Assembly (NCBI GenBank): GCA_048013815.1 | Contig: CM106585.1 | Location: forward strand, 5,766,001 to 5,830,000 | From: Setoptus koraiensis | Lineage: Eukaryota > Animalia > Arthropoda | Length of the DNA: 64,000 nucleotides | Direction: 5' to 3' | Part shown: one piece after another, positions 12,101 through 25,116 of the stretch | How the letters are laid out: each line of letters begins with the position of its first letter | Numbering within the stretch: position 1 is the stretch's first letter | Notes under the pieces: model-generated | Told to the model about the DNA's origin: nothing | Database searches by the model: none | Seen by the model: the letters and a program-made list of their open reading frames with translations, nothing else | Made by a program: the position numbers and the translations under genes

Positions 12101-15100
12101 CGAGCGCGCAATGATTAGCGTGCCGCTAACTAGCTCCACCGAGCCAGCTAGTTAGGCCGGCCGTCTGCGCGCCTGGCCCGCGCAACGGCGCCCCTCGCCA
12201 GCATGCACGCCCGCCCGCCAGCATGTGCGCCCGCCTGCCAGCATGCACGCCCGCCGACGTGCACGCCCTGCGCGCGGGCTCCCCAACGAACGGCGGGCAG
12301 GCCCGTGCTCCGTTGGAGTGTCTGCTCGGCAGTGGGGACCCTCGACTCTGCCGAGTGCGCACTACAGCGCACAACTTGATAAGGGCCCGCCAGTGCTCGT
12401 TGCGTGGCGTTGCATAAAGTGGGCGGCTTGTCGGGCTGGCGAACGTGCGGGGCGTTCGTTTCGGCGCTTTTATTGCGCTCGTCGGGGCGCTCTCGTTGTG
12501 ATAACAACAACGCCGGCCGCGGCATCTCGAGCAAAGCGCGCCCGGCGTCGGTCGGGGCTCCACGGCCCAGTCAGCGCGGCCCGAGCCAGCGAGCGCCCGC
12601 CGACAACGCCGACGACGCGAGCGGCAGCTGGATAAAATAATGCTGCTGCGCTACCGTCGGCGTATCTCGCCGCGGCGGCCGCCGCGACGACAACGACGAC
12701 AACGACGACAACGACAACACTTAATTTCAATATAAAACTCGCTCGCGCGCTGTCTCTTCAACTGCAGCCATATTGAATTGAGGGCGCTTGAGTGTGTCTC
12801 GTCCGTTTGGCGAGGCCTTTTTGCAGGCGCAACACGAAACGGCATAATTGGCGCGCGTCATCGGCGGCATCTTGCCAGCGCGCCGCTGGGCCGCCGTTAG
12901 CCGGGCTGGCTCGCCGTTGGCTCGTCTCGTCAAGTTGGCCAGCCAGCGTGACTTATTAGGCTCATCCGAGGCGCTGTCGTCGCAAATTGTTTGCCTGCCA
13001 GCGCCTCTCGCTGTGACTTTGCGGCCCGCCAGCCAGCGCCGGCACAGTCGGCCGCCTGGCAGCACTGGCACAGTCGGCGGCACGACAACCGCCGCGGAAC
13101 CGTATAAACGGGCAAAAGTCGGCTAATCGTCGCCAATTCCGGCCGGGCCGCCGCCTGATTAAATGGGCTGAGCGCCAGCGCCGGGGCGCCGCCTGACGCG
13201 CGCGCTGTGAGAGCAATAGTAAAATGACGCTCTCGCCGGCCCGCGCCGGATTACCCGGCGAGTTTATTTAAATTGCCGGCCCGGTGGCACGGGGCCGCTG
13301 GCGAGCCTGCTGGCCAGCGCTCGGGCTCGCCAGCTTTCGCATGGGGCTTTGCACGGAATCTCGCTCCCGCGCGGGCTCTCGCTCTCGCGCGGCCATAGCG
13401 GGATGCGCGCGTGCCGAGCCCCACGCGATGATCGCCCATTTGCAGCCATTCCGGCGCTCGTGTGACTCACGCTGCGAGCGGCCGCAAATCATGCCCGGCC
13501 CGGCCGACCGCTCGGCACAATCAACTGGCGCGCGCGCGACGTGCTGAATATATTAGCTCGCGATAATGACACTGCACAGATGACCACAACATGCGCTCGC
13601 TCGCAACGCGCAGCGGGCCCCAACGCTCGGCAACAAATCGGCGGCGGCGGCCAGCAAAAGGCGCCCTCACATCCGCCGCCTGCCGCACAGGCCGCCGGGC
13701 CCGCTGTGGCCCGGCTGGCCGGCAACAAATCACTGCGCTGTGCGTTGTTTTTTGTCGCCGTTGTTGCGGCCGCTGCCCGGTAATTTGCCTGCCAACTGGC
13801 GATAACTGTCCCGTGCTCCGTGCACGTCGGCGGTCGTTACGCGCACTGTGCCAGCCGGCCCTGTCGTCGAGCCCGCGACCGATGTTGTTGGCCGCTCCGG
13901 AGCGGCTGCCCGCGCCAACAGCCAGCGCCAACAGCCAGCGCCTCCTTATTACCATAAGAGCGCGCGTCTTGGGCGCCCCGCAATGGTCGCATCGCGCTCT
14001 CATTATGTTGCCGACGACGCTCGCGTACAGGTGCGTCGTCGGCGGTGCGGCCAGCGCCGAGCACGTCGGGCATAACAAGCTGTTCTTGCGACGGTGCACT
14101 CGCGCCGCCCGAGCGGCTCGCTGCAACGCACAACTGCGCCCTAATTGCCATGGCCGTCCCCGCCGCCCCGTCCTCGCAGCGTGTTCCGCGCGCCGTCGCG
14201 GCCCGGCGGACGGTGCGCGGAGAGCGGCCGGCCAAGGGGGCGAGCTCGCCGTGCGCGCCTCGCAGCGATGTCCCGCGCGAAAGCGAGATTGCGAGAGCCC
14301 GCAGTAACAGTTGGCTCGGCGAGCCGCGTGGCTCGGGCGACAATCCGAGCGGCGAGCCGGAGCGGCGCACTGTCTCGTCAGCCTAGCGTCAGGCCGCGAC
14401 ACAAGCAATGGAGCCAACGGATGTGTGCACGGCGGTGTGTTTGCCAGCGTCGCGACCCATCACACCCGCTCGTGCGCTCGGACCGGCGGGCCCCAATCGC
14501 GGCCGCCTGTTGGCCTGGGCACACACACACACACACACACACATTAGGCGGCTATCACGGCAGCGCAGTTTTAGTGGCCGTTTCAGGGCACGTTCGGCTT
14601 GTTATTTATTATTTGTCTGTCCGTCATTGTTCAGTTGGCCGGGCCCCGCGACAAGTGTTTACCTCTTGTCCATTGTGTGGGGCTGGCATGATGAGGCTCG
14701 CCAAGTCGCTAATATGTGTGTTTTCGTCTCGTAGTGCTAACAGAAGTGCCAGCACCAACAACAAAAACAAACACATCCACCAATGACAGAGACACGAGGT
14801 CACGCTCGCAGCGATCGCCTCACCCGTTGAGAGGCCCGCCAGACAGCCAGACGGGCAATGTGTTTGGTAACAACACCAACAACGACAACAGCAGCAACAA
14901 CAACAACAACAACAGCGCACCTATGCGCTGGCCCCAGTCTCTTTCTGTTTCCCCCCTTCCCCCGTCTGTGTCTGGCAATGAGCGACGAGATGTCATAATC
15001 AGACTGCCCCTGCAGCACCCATAATGTGATGCGCGCCCCCCCCCCCTTCGCCCCGCCAAAAAAACAGCGCGCAACTATCACACACACCCAACTGCAGCCA

Positions 15101-16046
15101 AGTACCAGTGCACAATGCAATGAATGACGCAACGCACACACACACACACACACACACACATAAATACGGGAACGCAAGTGACAGGTGCACGAGTGGCGCC
15201 ATTTTCAAACGCGGGTCAGCCGACTCAGCTCACGACTGTCAGTCGGCCGTTGGGGCCCGCGCACAACTCGGCCGGCTGTTTGCCCGGGGCCCACAGGCGA
15301 CAAGCGACAGTTAGACACGGGAGGCCAGCCACTGCCAGACGCGGCCGACCAGCCACTGCCCGAGCCACGCAGCGGCCAAAAGTGGGCCCCGGGTAGCGGG
15401 CCCATTATTCTTTTAGCACTTGTGCAACACGCTTGCTCGCTTCAATATAAACGCAATAAACGGGGCGAGCCATTTTAGCCACTCTCACTGTCTCGTTAGC
15501 TCGCCACTAGGCTACTTGTTAGTGCCCACTGACTCGGTGAAACTCTCATCACGAAGGGGCCCCAAACGGCGGCGCCGACAAACAGTCCAGCGTTGTGTTT
15601 GTGACAACTTTTTCGGGTTGCTCAGCCCGGCCCGCACTGGCCTACCCTGGCTCACACTGGCTCGCAAGTCGCTTGGCTGAGCCGTATTTTAAAAACGACG
15701 ACCACTCTATTAATTTATGCCGCTCCTCGCCAAACACACACACACACGCACACGTATCAATCGTTGGCTGGTTATCTGGTTGGCCGATTGAGGCCAGAGT
15801 TGCGGGCCCGTTCGGCCCAGAGACACACGCGCACGCCGGACAGGTGCGCGGACAAATGGGGCCAGTTGGGGCGCCCAATGATAATGGGCCAGATATTGAC
15901 CAATTGTTGTTCGTTTGCGCACACTGTGCGCGCTGGTCACTTTGAACGGGGGGCCCCCATGGGCCCGGCTGGCTGAGTCTGTGCTCGCCAGTCTCCCGTG
16001 AGCAGCCCAGAAACAGGGCACAAATGGCCGCCATTGTGTATACACA

Positions 16047-16048
<2 letters not shown>

Positions 16049-16093
<45 letters not shown>

Positions 16094-16107
16094 CGTGTGC
16101 GTGTGTG
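16049..16107. repeat. (GT)n microsatellite
   Basis: About 20 GT units followed by gcgt variants. Confidence 0.95.
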
Positions 16108-18591
16108 CAGGTGAATGCGGCCAGGTGGAGCTCGCGAGCCAGTGTGAGCCAGAATGAGCGAGCCTGGCACGGGCTCAAGGCTGCCAGGCTGCCGTTATTC
16201 CGGGAACTGGCAACGTGCAGCCAGCGAGCTGCCACAGAAAAGCCAAGCGGGCTCGGCGGGCAGAGGTCGAGATTATTCATTTATTCGCGCTCGTTTTTTG
16301 GGGCCACCACGTTCCACTCGGGCCCCATGGCTGCATGCGTGTGCCGCTGTGTGTGTGTGTGTGTTTGTTTGGCGGCGGCGGCCAGGTGAGGCGAGCGGGC
16401 TCCGCCGCCGCCGCGTTCACCTATTGAACCGACCGACTATTGAGCTGGCTGACTCTCTCAATTTGATTGATTGAAGCCCGCTTTTTGGCGAGCATCGGCC
16501 CACCGCTCGACTCGAGCGGCTCGTGCGGCTCGAGCGGCTCGAGAGCAGGGGAGTGACTCGCCGGGCTGCCAAGGCCGCCCTCCGCGCTCTATGCACACCA
16601 CGGCAATGTTTGTGTTGCATCGGGTTCTTGTTGGGCTCTTGTTGGGCTCGCGCTGGGTTCGCTCTGCCCTCGCGCTGGGTTCGCTCTGCCCTCGCACTGG
16701 GCTCGCGCTGGGCTGGCATTAGGTGCTCATTGTGTGCAATTCTCTCTCGTGAAGCGTCTCGTCGGTGGAGCCCCTTGCCAGTCGGGCCCTCGCAAGTCGG
16801 CCGCGGTGGGCGAGCGGCGAGATAGGGCGCCCCGAAAGAGGAGAACAGCGATTAGGTGGCCATAACAACTTGCAAATGGGTTGCGCGACGGGCCAGCAGT
16901 GCGCCAGTCGGTTGTCGATGGTTGCAAGTTGCGCACTGCAACGGCGCCCCATTTGCAACAGGAATCATCTTTCTTTTATATCACCAGCCAGCCAGCCAGC
17001 CAGCATCATGGCCCGCAAACACACAGTGATCGTCATATAATATCATCGCCAACACAGCCAGAGGCTAATAACATCGTGTAGGTGGCCGTCGTAATTTCAA
17101 GCCAGCCAGCCCGACCGACCGACAGTCAGTTAGTCGGTGTTGCCATTGTCCCTGTAGCTGTGTGTGTGTCGCCCCGGCTCCATCTTGCTCTTCTCGATTT
17201 CTAACTGTTATCACATGAGACCACATTGTGTGTTGGCCGTTCGCCGGCAACAACAACAACAGCAACAACGCCAACAACCAGCCAGCGACAACCACGACAT
17301 CGACTGACAACAACAACAACAACAACAACAACAGCGCACCGGCGATAGCGCTGGCAATAATAACAATAATAATATAAAAAAGAAATTACTCTCTCACTTT
17401 CACCACTTTTTATTGCATCTCGAGACATCATTGTTATCTCGCCAGAGTTACCTCGCCAGCTCGCCAGCTCGCCCGCTTGCCAGCTCACCGGCCCACAATC
17501 GCGCCCCAGCGCCGACGACTTGCCATCTCGCAATCGCGCCATCTCAACATTTCGCCGACTCGCCAACTTATCCGCGCCAGCACATAAATTGCTGGCAAGC
17601 CTCATACTGGGGCGCATTCAAACCAACAATCAAACTATGAGCCAATGTGTTACTTAATAATGGGGACCCTCGTGATAGCACTTGGCGCGCTCGCGCCCCT
17701 CGATAGTGTGCGTGCTGTTGGCTCTAGCGGGACGCTTCCAACTTCGAACACAACTGCCAAGTGGCCCCATACTCAGATAGAAATCGGCACACACACACAC
17801 ACAGCATAGTGCCCAGGGCGAAATTTTCTGTTCTAGCCAGCTATCCTTGCCATCAGCCAGCCAGCCAGCTATCCGACCAGCGGGCCCTTGGCGAGCCCAA
17901 TGAAACGGCCAGATATTTGCCAGCCACAGTGCGGGTTGCGGCGGCCCCACAACACAGGCCAGGGTTACGGCCCCACAGTGCAGTCCAAAGTTGCCTGCCA
18001 GATCGGCATGACACCGACGCTGTCTAATTCAATTCCTAATTCAAATCTCAAATTCAAATTCGCCACCGAGCGACAACTCGGAGTTTAGTTAACTTTAGTT
18101 AACAGCTGAATGTGTGATCCGATTCTAATTCTGGCCCCCTCGCTCGCTCCCTTTGCTCCCGTCGCATTATGTCGCCTTGTTTTGGCGCGTTGTCACTGTT
18201 ATTTCGGCGCGTTATTCGCACGTTATTTCGGCGCGTTATTCGCACGTTATTTCGGGGGCGCCATTATCCGCTCTTGCTTTTGCAGGCTGCCATTTGCTGG
18301 CTGGCTGGCCGGCTGGCCGGTCATCACGCCACGCGCGGCGCGACAAACGCGCTCTCCAGCGAGCCAGCTCGCCAATCTGGCAAAGTTCATTGGGCAAAGT
18401 GGGCGCCGGAGTGTGCAATTTTCGAGCTGGGGCCCGCTCGCAACTACACTGATTTGGGCTACCCACTGAACGTGCGCGAGCCGAGCCAGCGAGCGAAACG
18501 AAGCGACTCAAAACGAAACAACGCCGAGATGAAGCGAAACGAAACGACGAAATGAACTCAATTCGGCCCACTTGGCTCGCCCGCCCGCCCT

Positions 18592-18722
18592 AAACTGTCG
18601 GCCCAAACTATCGGCCCAAACTATCGGCCCAAACTATCGGCCCAAACTATCGGTCCAGACTATCGGCCCGAACTGTCGGCCCGAATTGTCGGCCCAGACT
18701 GTCGGCCCAGACTAGTCGGCTC
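18592..18722. repeat. 13-bp minisatellite, 10 copies, consensus A(A/G)ACT(A/G)TCGGCCC
   Basis: Units counted directly: aaactgtcggccc, aaactatcggccc x3, aaactatcggtcc, agactatcggccc, gaactgtcggccc, gaattgtcggccc, agactgtcggccc, agactagtcggctc. Confidence 0.95.
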
Positions 18723-20654
18723 AGACTAAACTAGGTGCAATATGCATGAGCAGTGACATGAGATGAGATGCTTCATCAGCGTTATTCGATGATGAATCGA
18801 CACAGGAAGCCGTAGCACGAGTGCCGCCGGCAGGCCCGCCACTGGCCCCCGGATGATGATTACATCATGAATATAAGCCGGCCTAATATATAAATTGTCT
18901 CGCAACTGGCTGGCTGTGGGCCGGCCAAAGTCACCAGTGCGCCAGTGCGCCGGGCTGGCGGGCCGTCGGCTGTGGCACCTTGTTGACCGCAACGAGGCGC
19001 GGTTGTGACGTAAGCGTTCGAACGTAAGGTGCTCAAAACGGCGGCAGTTGCCGCGCCGCCGAATAAAGCGGATAAAGCGGATGAAGCGAATAAGTGAGCG
19101 AATGGGGCGAATAAGGCGAATGGGGCGAATATGCGCGACATAAATTTGACAATTGTCACAGCCGTCTGTTTGTGTGCCGTCTATCAGTTGGCGCTGGTGA
19201 CACTGGTTTGCCGTGCAACCGTTACACTATAACGGCCCGTTATTAACGGGCCGCTGGTGGGGCGAGCTTGCTTGCCTAAGCGATGACGCAACGTGACGGG
19301 CTGTTTGCTGGCGCAGCGGCCCGTTTCTAATTAGTTAAATGCAGCTCTTACAATGAGGGGCTCGCGCACAGATATACTCTGACACAAATATGGCGGGCCC
19401 GTTGGTATTCGCGTGCCAATTTGCTGGCGAATTAGCGCGTTTGTTGTTTGCGTTTGGCCCTCGTCGCCCTTTTATGGGTGCCCGCGACTGGGGGCCATTC
19501 ATCGCGCGGCCAAGGTGTCATCGTGATTCGACGGACACTGTCGCGAGTCGCGACACCGCGGGATCGCGCGACACCGCGCCATTGGTGCGAGAAAAAAGCC
19601 AAATATGACCGACTGACGCGGGGGACCGGAGCGCGAAAAATGGCCCACGCTCAGCGCTGATTGGTGGCCGGCCGATAACACACAGCGCTACATGACATGT
19701 CGCGTATTCATCAATTGACAGTGATTCATGAGCTAATGGTCATCAAGCGCTAATGGCTCGCGCTTATCGGCCATCGACTGCGGCGGCCCGGCCAACACGG
19801 ACAACACGTAGCACGTGCCATTTGTCGCGTATGCGCCCCGTGTTAGGGACTGGGTGCGTTAAGCTGCGTTTAAGCTGCGCGTTTGGGCCCTTCTAATTGC
19901 ACGCGAATCGCCATCTGTTTTTTGGTGGCTTTTCAGCTTTTGACAAGACAATGAGCGTTGCAAATCTCGGCAATGGCGCTGCAAATGATGTGTGCATTTA
20001 TTTATTTTTATCCAAGTGCGTTGGCGGGCTCTCATAATACGCGATTCACCAGAGAGTCTCCTCAGGTCTCTGTCTCGAGGAGCGCGCTCGCTGTCAGCGG
20101 GCTCGTATCTGTTGGCCTGTGTCGCTGTCAGTGTCAGCCGAATGATTGGTCGTGACCAGAAAGAGAATCGAATATAATATAATCAGGCAGGGGCGCCGCA
20201 CAACAACAACTTGCACAAATACCCAAACAGCTGCGCAGTCACTTAGTCAGCGCTAGCCGAGGGGCCCCGCGACACTCGGTCTTGCCAGCGATGGCTGGCT
20301 AGACCGATATAGTGTAAGTGGGTTAGTCGAGCCGCCAGCGCCAGTCATTAAACACACGTTAGCAGAATGCCAGATGAATGAGCCTCATCAGCATGGTGTG
20401 TCCCACCCTAATCGATTTGTCGCTATATGGCGCCCCCTCTCGCGCGCTCGCTGCTATGCGGTCCCATGTATCCGATGCAGCGGGCGGCGGCGGGCGCATT
20501 GTCAGTGTCAGCGGCGTTGTTGTTGTTGGCGGCGGCGGTGATAGTTTTGTTGACAATGTACTCTAGGAAATGCTCTGGCGCTCTTGTTCGCCGGGCCCCG
20601 CCGTCATCAGCAGCGCCAACAACCTATGGCAGCGACCACGGCGCCCGCCAACAG

Positions 20655-20788
20655 CAGACAACGGCGACACCAACAACAACAACAACAACGGCAACAACAA
20701 CGGCAACGGCAACGACGACAACGACAACAGCAACGACGACAACGACAACAGCAACGACGACAACGACGACGACAACAACAACAACAAA
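20655..20788. repeat. (CAA/CGA/CGG)n trinucleotide repeat
   Basis: Long imperfect triplet run seen directly. Confidence 0.9.
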
Positions 20789-23700
20789 TAAACGACTAGA
20801 CGCGCGACAATATATATAGACTGTCACGATTAATTTAATAGGATATACTGGCCTGCTTCAGGCGCCAAGTGCCAAGACGGGCCCCAAGACAGCCAACACA
20901 ACTGCATCTATCCAGTTGTGATAGTGGGGCCAGTGGGGCACCTAGCTGGCGCCTACTGGCGTTCACTCTAACAAACAACTGGCTGGTTGTCGGTTGGAGC
21001 TGGCCAGTGTGAGGCTGCTCGTGGTCAGTCAATTATTTATCGTGCAAAACAACTAACATTATTAGTTTATACACTGGGTATTATCAGGTATTAGTTGCTC
21101 AAGATTAGCTACGGCCACTCGAGCGCCCCTCCGCGGCCCGTTCTTGATATGTTTGCACCATTGGTCTATTGCGTCTCGGGCTTACTCTTTAATCTCTTTC
21201 GCGCTCTCTCACAATTGTTAATCCGGCGTGTCGTCATGATTGTTGTTCGCGCCAACTTTCTTATCATGACTTACTCCATTGATTGAAAGATCTCTCCGTA
21301 TCGATCGGCTCGCCAGACACCGGCGATGATAAAGATTATCATCTGTCATTGACACACACACATAGACGGCGTAGCTGGGGGCCAACGTGACCGAAACACC
21401 ACCGATCGCCAATTGAGCCAGTACTGATTGCAGGCACTTGTTATATGTGAGCGTGTAGTTTGGATGCACTTTTTTCTGAGGCAATTTTTCAGCCTGTCGA
21501 CCATTAAAAAATCGACTGAAAAAGTTCACTTGAGAAAACATCGCCAAGGCTGATTGGTGTTGTTCGCTGGGGGGAACGCGCCAGCATGGCGCAGAAAGAC
21601 TTCGGACACATACACGTCCGTTTCGGGACATTCTCGGAAAAGTTTCACCTTCAAAAGGCGAGCTTTTCAATTTTTCGGTTCGGCCGAAAAAGCGAAAAGC
21701 CGCCCGTCGGGTTTTGCCATTTTCATTTGAGCGCTCGCCACTTCGGTCGGCGGCGAGATCGGCCGCATCCCGCACAGTGCACGAGTGGTTGCAATTTCGG
21801 ACCACTGGGGCCGCGTGATCATGGTGGAAAAACTTTTTCGCAAGATTTTTCGGCGCGCTTGTTTGGCCGAAAAATTGAACGAGCGTCGCCGAAAAATTGA
21901 ACGAGCGTCGCCGAGAAAAAAAACGTTTCTATTGCCGGTCGCCCTGAACGAACGCGCCGCTCTGATCTCATTTTTGCCGCTTTTCGTTTGCCAGTTTGCC
22001 CATTCAGGCCTCTGTGGGGCCCCGCTAATTGCCTAACCAGTCCATTAGTCAGCGGACTGTCACTTGTTATTATTGCAATTATAAAAACAATGGTGATGAC
22101 GCTCATAAACGGGGGCTGCTGTTTTGGCTGCTGTTTTGGCTGTTGTTTTTGCTGCTGGCGGCGCTTTTGAGGATTTTACAAATGTGCGCTTTGCGCGCTG
22201 ACAAAACTTGAGCCATTTATAAAATTCTCGAAAATAGTTTCAGGAAGTGACTCTTCAATTTTGTTTCATGCCCGCCCGCCCGCTCTCACATGCGTGCATA
22301 ACTTGACTGTATCGACTGCGGCTGTGCGCGTTATCTCTGCCGGGCCCGTGTCATACTTGCGACTGAGAGTGGTTAGTTAAAGTTGAACACGGGGGCCCCC
22401 GCTAGTTACTATTTAGTGAAAAGTGGACTATCTCTCGAGATGATCTGTGTTTGTGTTTGTGTGTGAGCGTTGTTATCTCGCCCAGTTATCTAGATGTATT
22501 TTCGGCAACTAATGTTACAATACGACGATTTATAGAAGCTTATCTATCTCGCTGGCTGAGCTGAGCGTCGATATCGCTCTCGTCTCGCAGACGACTCATA
22601 GACGACTCATATACGACTGTCCTAGAGGCGCGCACATTCAAGTGATTACATGTTTTGTTGGATCATCGTCGCTCGGCTTGATCACCGCACACAATGTACA
22701 TACGAATCGCATGATACGACTGGCATGATACAAGTTGCTGCGGTGATACAACTGCCAGTTCTTGGCAGTTGCATCACCGCGGCTGATATGGCACTGAGCG
22801 AAGTGGCGAGAATTTCTGTCCAATTGAACGAACAAACAAACGCGCGCACACAAACAAACAAGCCACACACAAACTGCTGAGATTTGTTGCCGATACGAGC
22901 ACAAACGATAGTTTCGGGGTCCCAAAATGATTGATTGGGACTCTATGGACACATATCGCACACTGGGCCCGCTCCCGGCGCGACGACCGGCCGCTCTCAG
23001 TTACAGATGAGTGGATCGGTGCGCGGCCGGCGGGCCCCGATAATGATTGGCCAGGCGATTTCTGTGGCGATTTCTGTGGCGATTTCTGTGGCGAGCCAGC
23101 CGCGCCATTGGCCAGGTTGGCCGGCCGACGGCGAGCGATTCGAGCGAGTGTCCGGTCGAGACGGCGCTCGGGAGCTGCAACGACAGTGCCGTCCGCGCCA
23201 ACACGTTGCTGCAAGTGGCCCAGCGTGTAAAATATGATGGCATGTGATGGTACAAAAATTTGTATATCACATGCATCATGCAACCGGCTAACGGCAATTG
23301 TGCAACAATGCAATTAGAGATTCATTGCTGGCTGCACCGCCGCAGTGCTAATCTGGTCGCAGTGCTAATCTGGTCGGAGTGCCGGCGCCCATTCTAAATT
23401 CAATTTCGCCATATGTGCCAACTGGCTCGGCAACGCGCCCACCGGGGCGTTTGCGAGCCGGTTGTGCGGGTGTGTTCAACTTGGATCGTTTGAGTGGGAC
23501 AGGGCAGTGAAAAACTGAATTATTGTGCGCAGGGATTTGTTTCATTAGCAACGGGGCCCCCGCTCGTATGATATACGCCATTGGGCGCCTATTAAATCTG
23601 CCATATCTATTGTATCCGCTACGTGTGCCACATCTGCTGCGTTTGCCGTATCTGCCGCCTCGGCCGTATCTGCCGCGTTTGCCGTACCCGCTGTAGCCGG

Positions 23701-25116
23701 CCCTACGGCCGACACAGCAGACTGTGCCGCCCGAGCGAGCCGCGCAACCCGACGGACAAAGCGGTTTGCGTGAGCCGGCAGCCCGACAGTTGGCCAGCCG
23801 TGAACGGCGCCACTAGCTGCTCATTATGCTAACTAGCTAACCCCATTGTGCCGGCGCCGCCGCGGCCCGAAACGGCCAGCGCCCGCCAGCGTCTAACCAT
23901 AGGTGTCTTGGCCAATTTACAGCGCCGCACACTCAAACACGCACAGCCAGTTGGGCGAGAAGATTATGTTCATTAGGGGCTTATTGTGTAAGTGGCGTCA
24001 CTTTATTTATCACTGCTCACTGGCGCCCGGCGCTATCTCGAGACCCGCTATTGTGGCCCGACGGGAGCCGCTGCCCCTGCCAATAAAGACAATTACAATT
24101 CACTGTATGTTACAGGTATTAACCGGTGGGCGCCCGAGCGGCTCACAAGCTCGTGCCCGTGCCCGTGCCCAGACGAGATATCGCGCTCGTCTAGCCGCTG
24201 TCTTATCTTGTGCGCGCTGGCGTGCGCAAGCTTGCATTTGCACTCATCCGTAAATTCGAATCACCAATTTCCTTATTCTTATGCCCTATTACCGAGCTAT
24301 AATTACTATTTGCTGGCTGCGTTGCTGTGATGCAAGCTCGCCAATCTTGCCATCGATTGTGTGCTCTATGGCAACGCCCAGCCAGCGCCCGATAGCTGGG
24401 CCGTGGCGAAGCGAGCAAGTTTGCCGTCACTTGCAACGTAGTCGTCCCCTGTTGGCGTCTAGCGACACCATCTTGCAACCGACTAGCAACTTGGAACAGG
24501 TAAGCGCCACTTCCGCCCGCGCGCCGCGCCTCAAAACTGGGGCGCGGCGCAAACAATTTCCAGTCAGCGCCAGACCGGAGAGGCCGCACGACGGCGCCCG
24601 AAAGCGGCACGACGGCGCCCGAAAGCGGCACAACAACGGCAACAGCAACAACAATTGCGCGTATTCGGTCGCCGAAGCGATCGTCGCGGTGATGCCAACT
24701 GTGTACTGCTGGCAATATCATCAATAATGAATGTGCTCTTTGCCGAGCTTGCCAGCCAACAAACTGCTCACCTGGCAAGCTGTTTGTGTTGTGTTTCAAT
24801 CAATTTGGCCATAGGATAGCAGGCAGGCAGCATTCATTCAATTACTTACTGCCGTAAATCGTTGTCGCGAGCTAACCGAACGACGACACGCAGCCAAACA
24901 CTCGGTGGTTGAGTCAATGCAAATAGCAAGTTAGCTGGCATTTGATTTATTGCCGATGCTAATGACCTTCAGCAGGATCCATTAGATATCCATACAATCT
25001 ATATTAAGCAGTGGTTGTGTGGTGGTGGTGCACAGTAGACAGTTTAGACAGTCGGTTACATGCAGTGATTGAATAAACGCCGGCTACTTGCCGGGTGTTT
25101 ATTAACTCAGCTCGCG

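Noticed and set aside
18592-18722. Regular array considered as CRISPR-like
   Set aside because: Contiguous 13-bp units with no spacers, no cas genes and a eukaryotic context.
21075-21095. miR-12-like sequence tgggtattatcaggtattagt
   Set aside because: Seed mismatch and deletion; only a 7-bp outer stem.
7900-25000. More than 150 overlapping ORFs of 60-300 aa on both strands
   Set aside because: Composition (Arg/Ala/Pro/Gly-rich, poly-HT, poly-CV) follows from high GC and microsatellites, and no domain motif was recognised.
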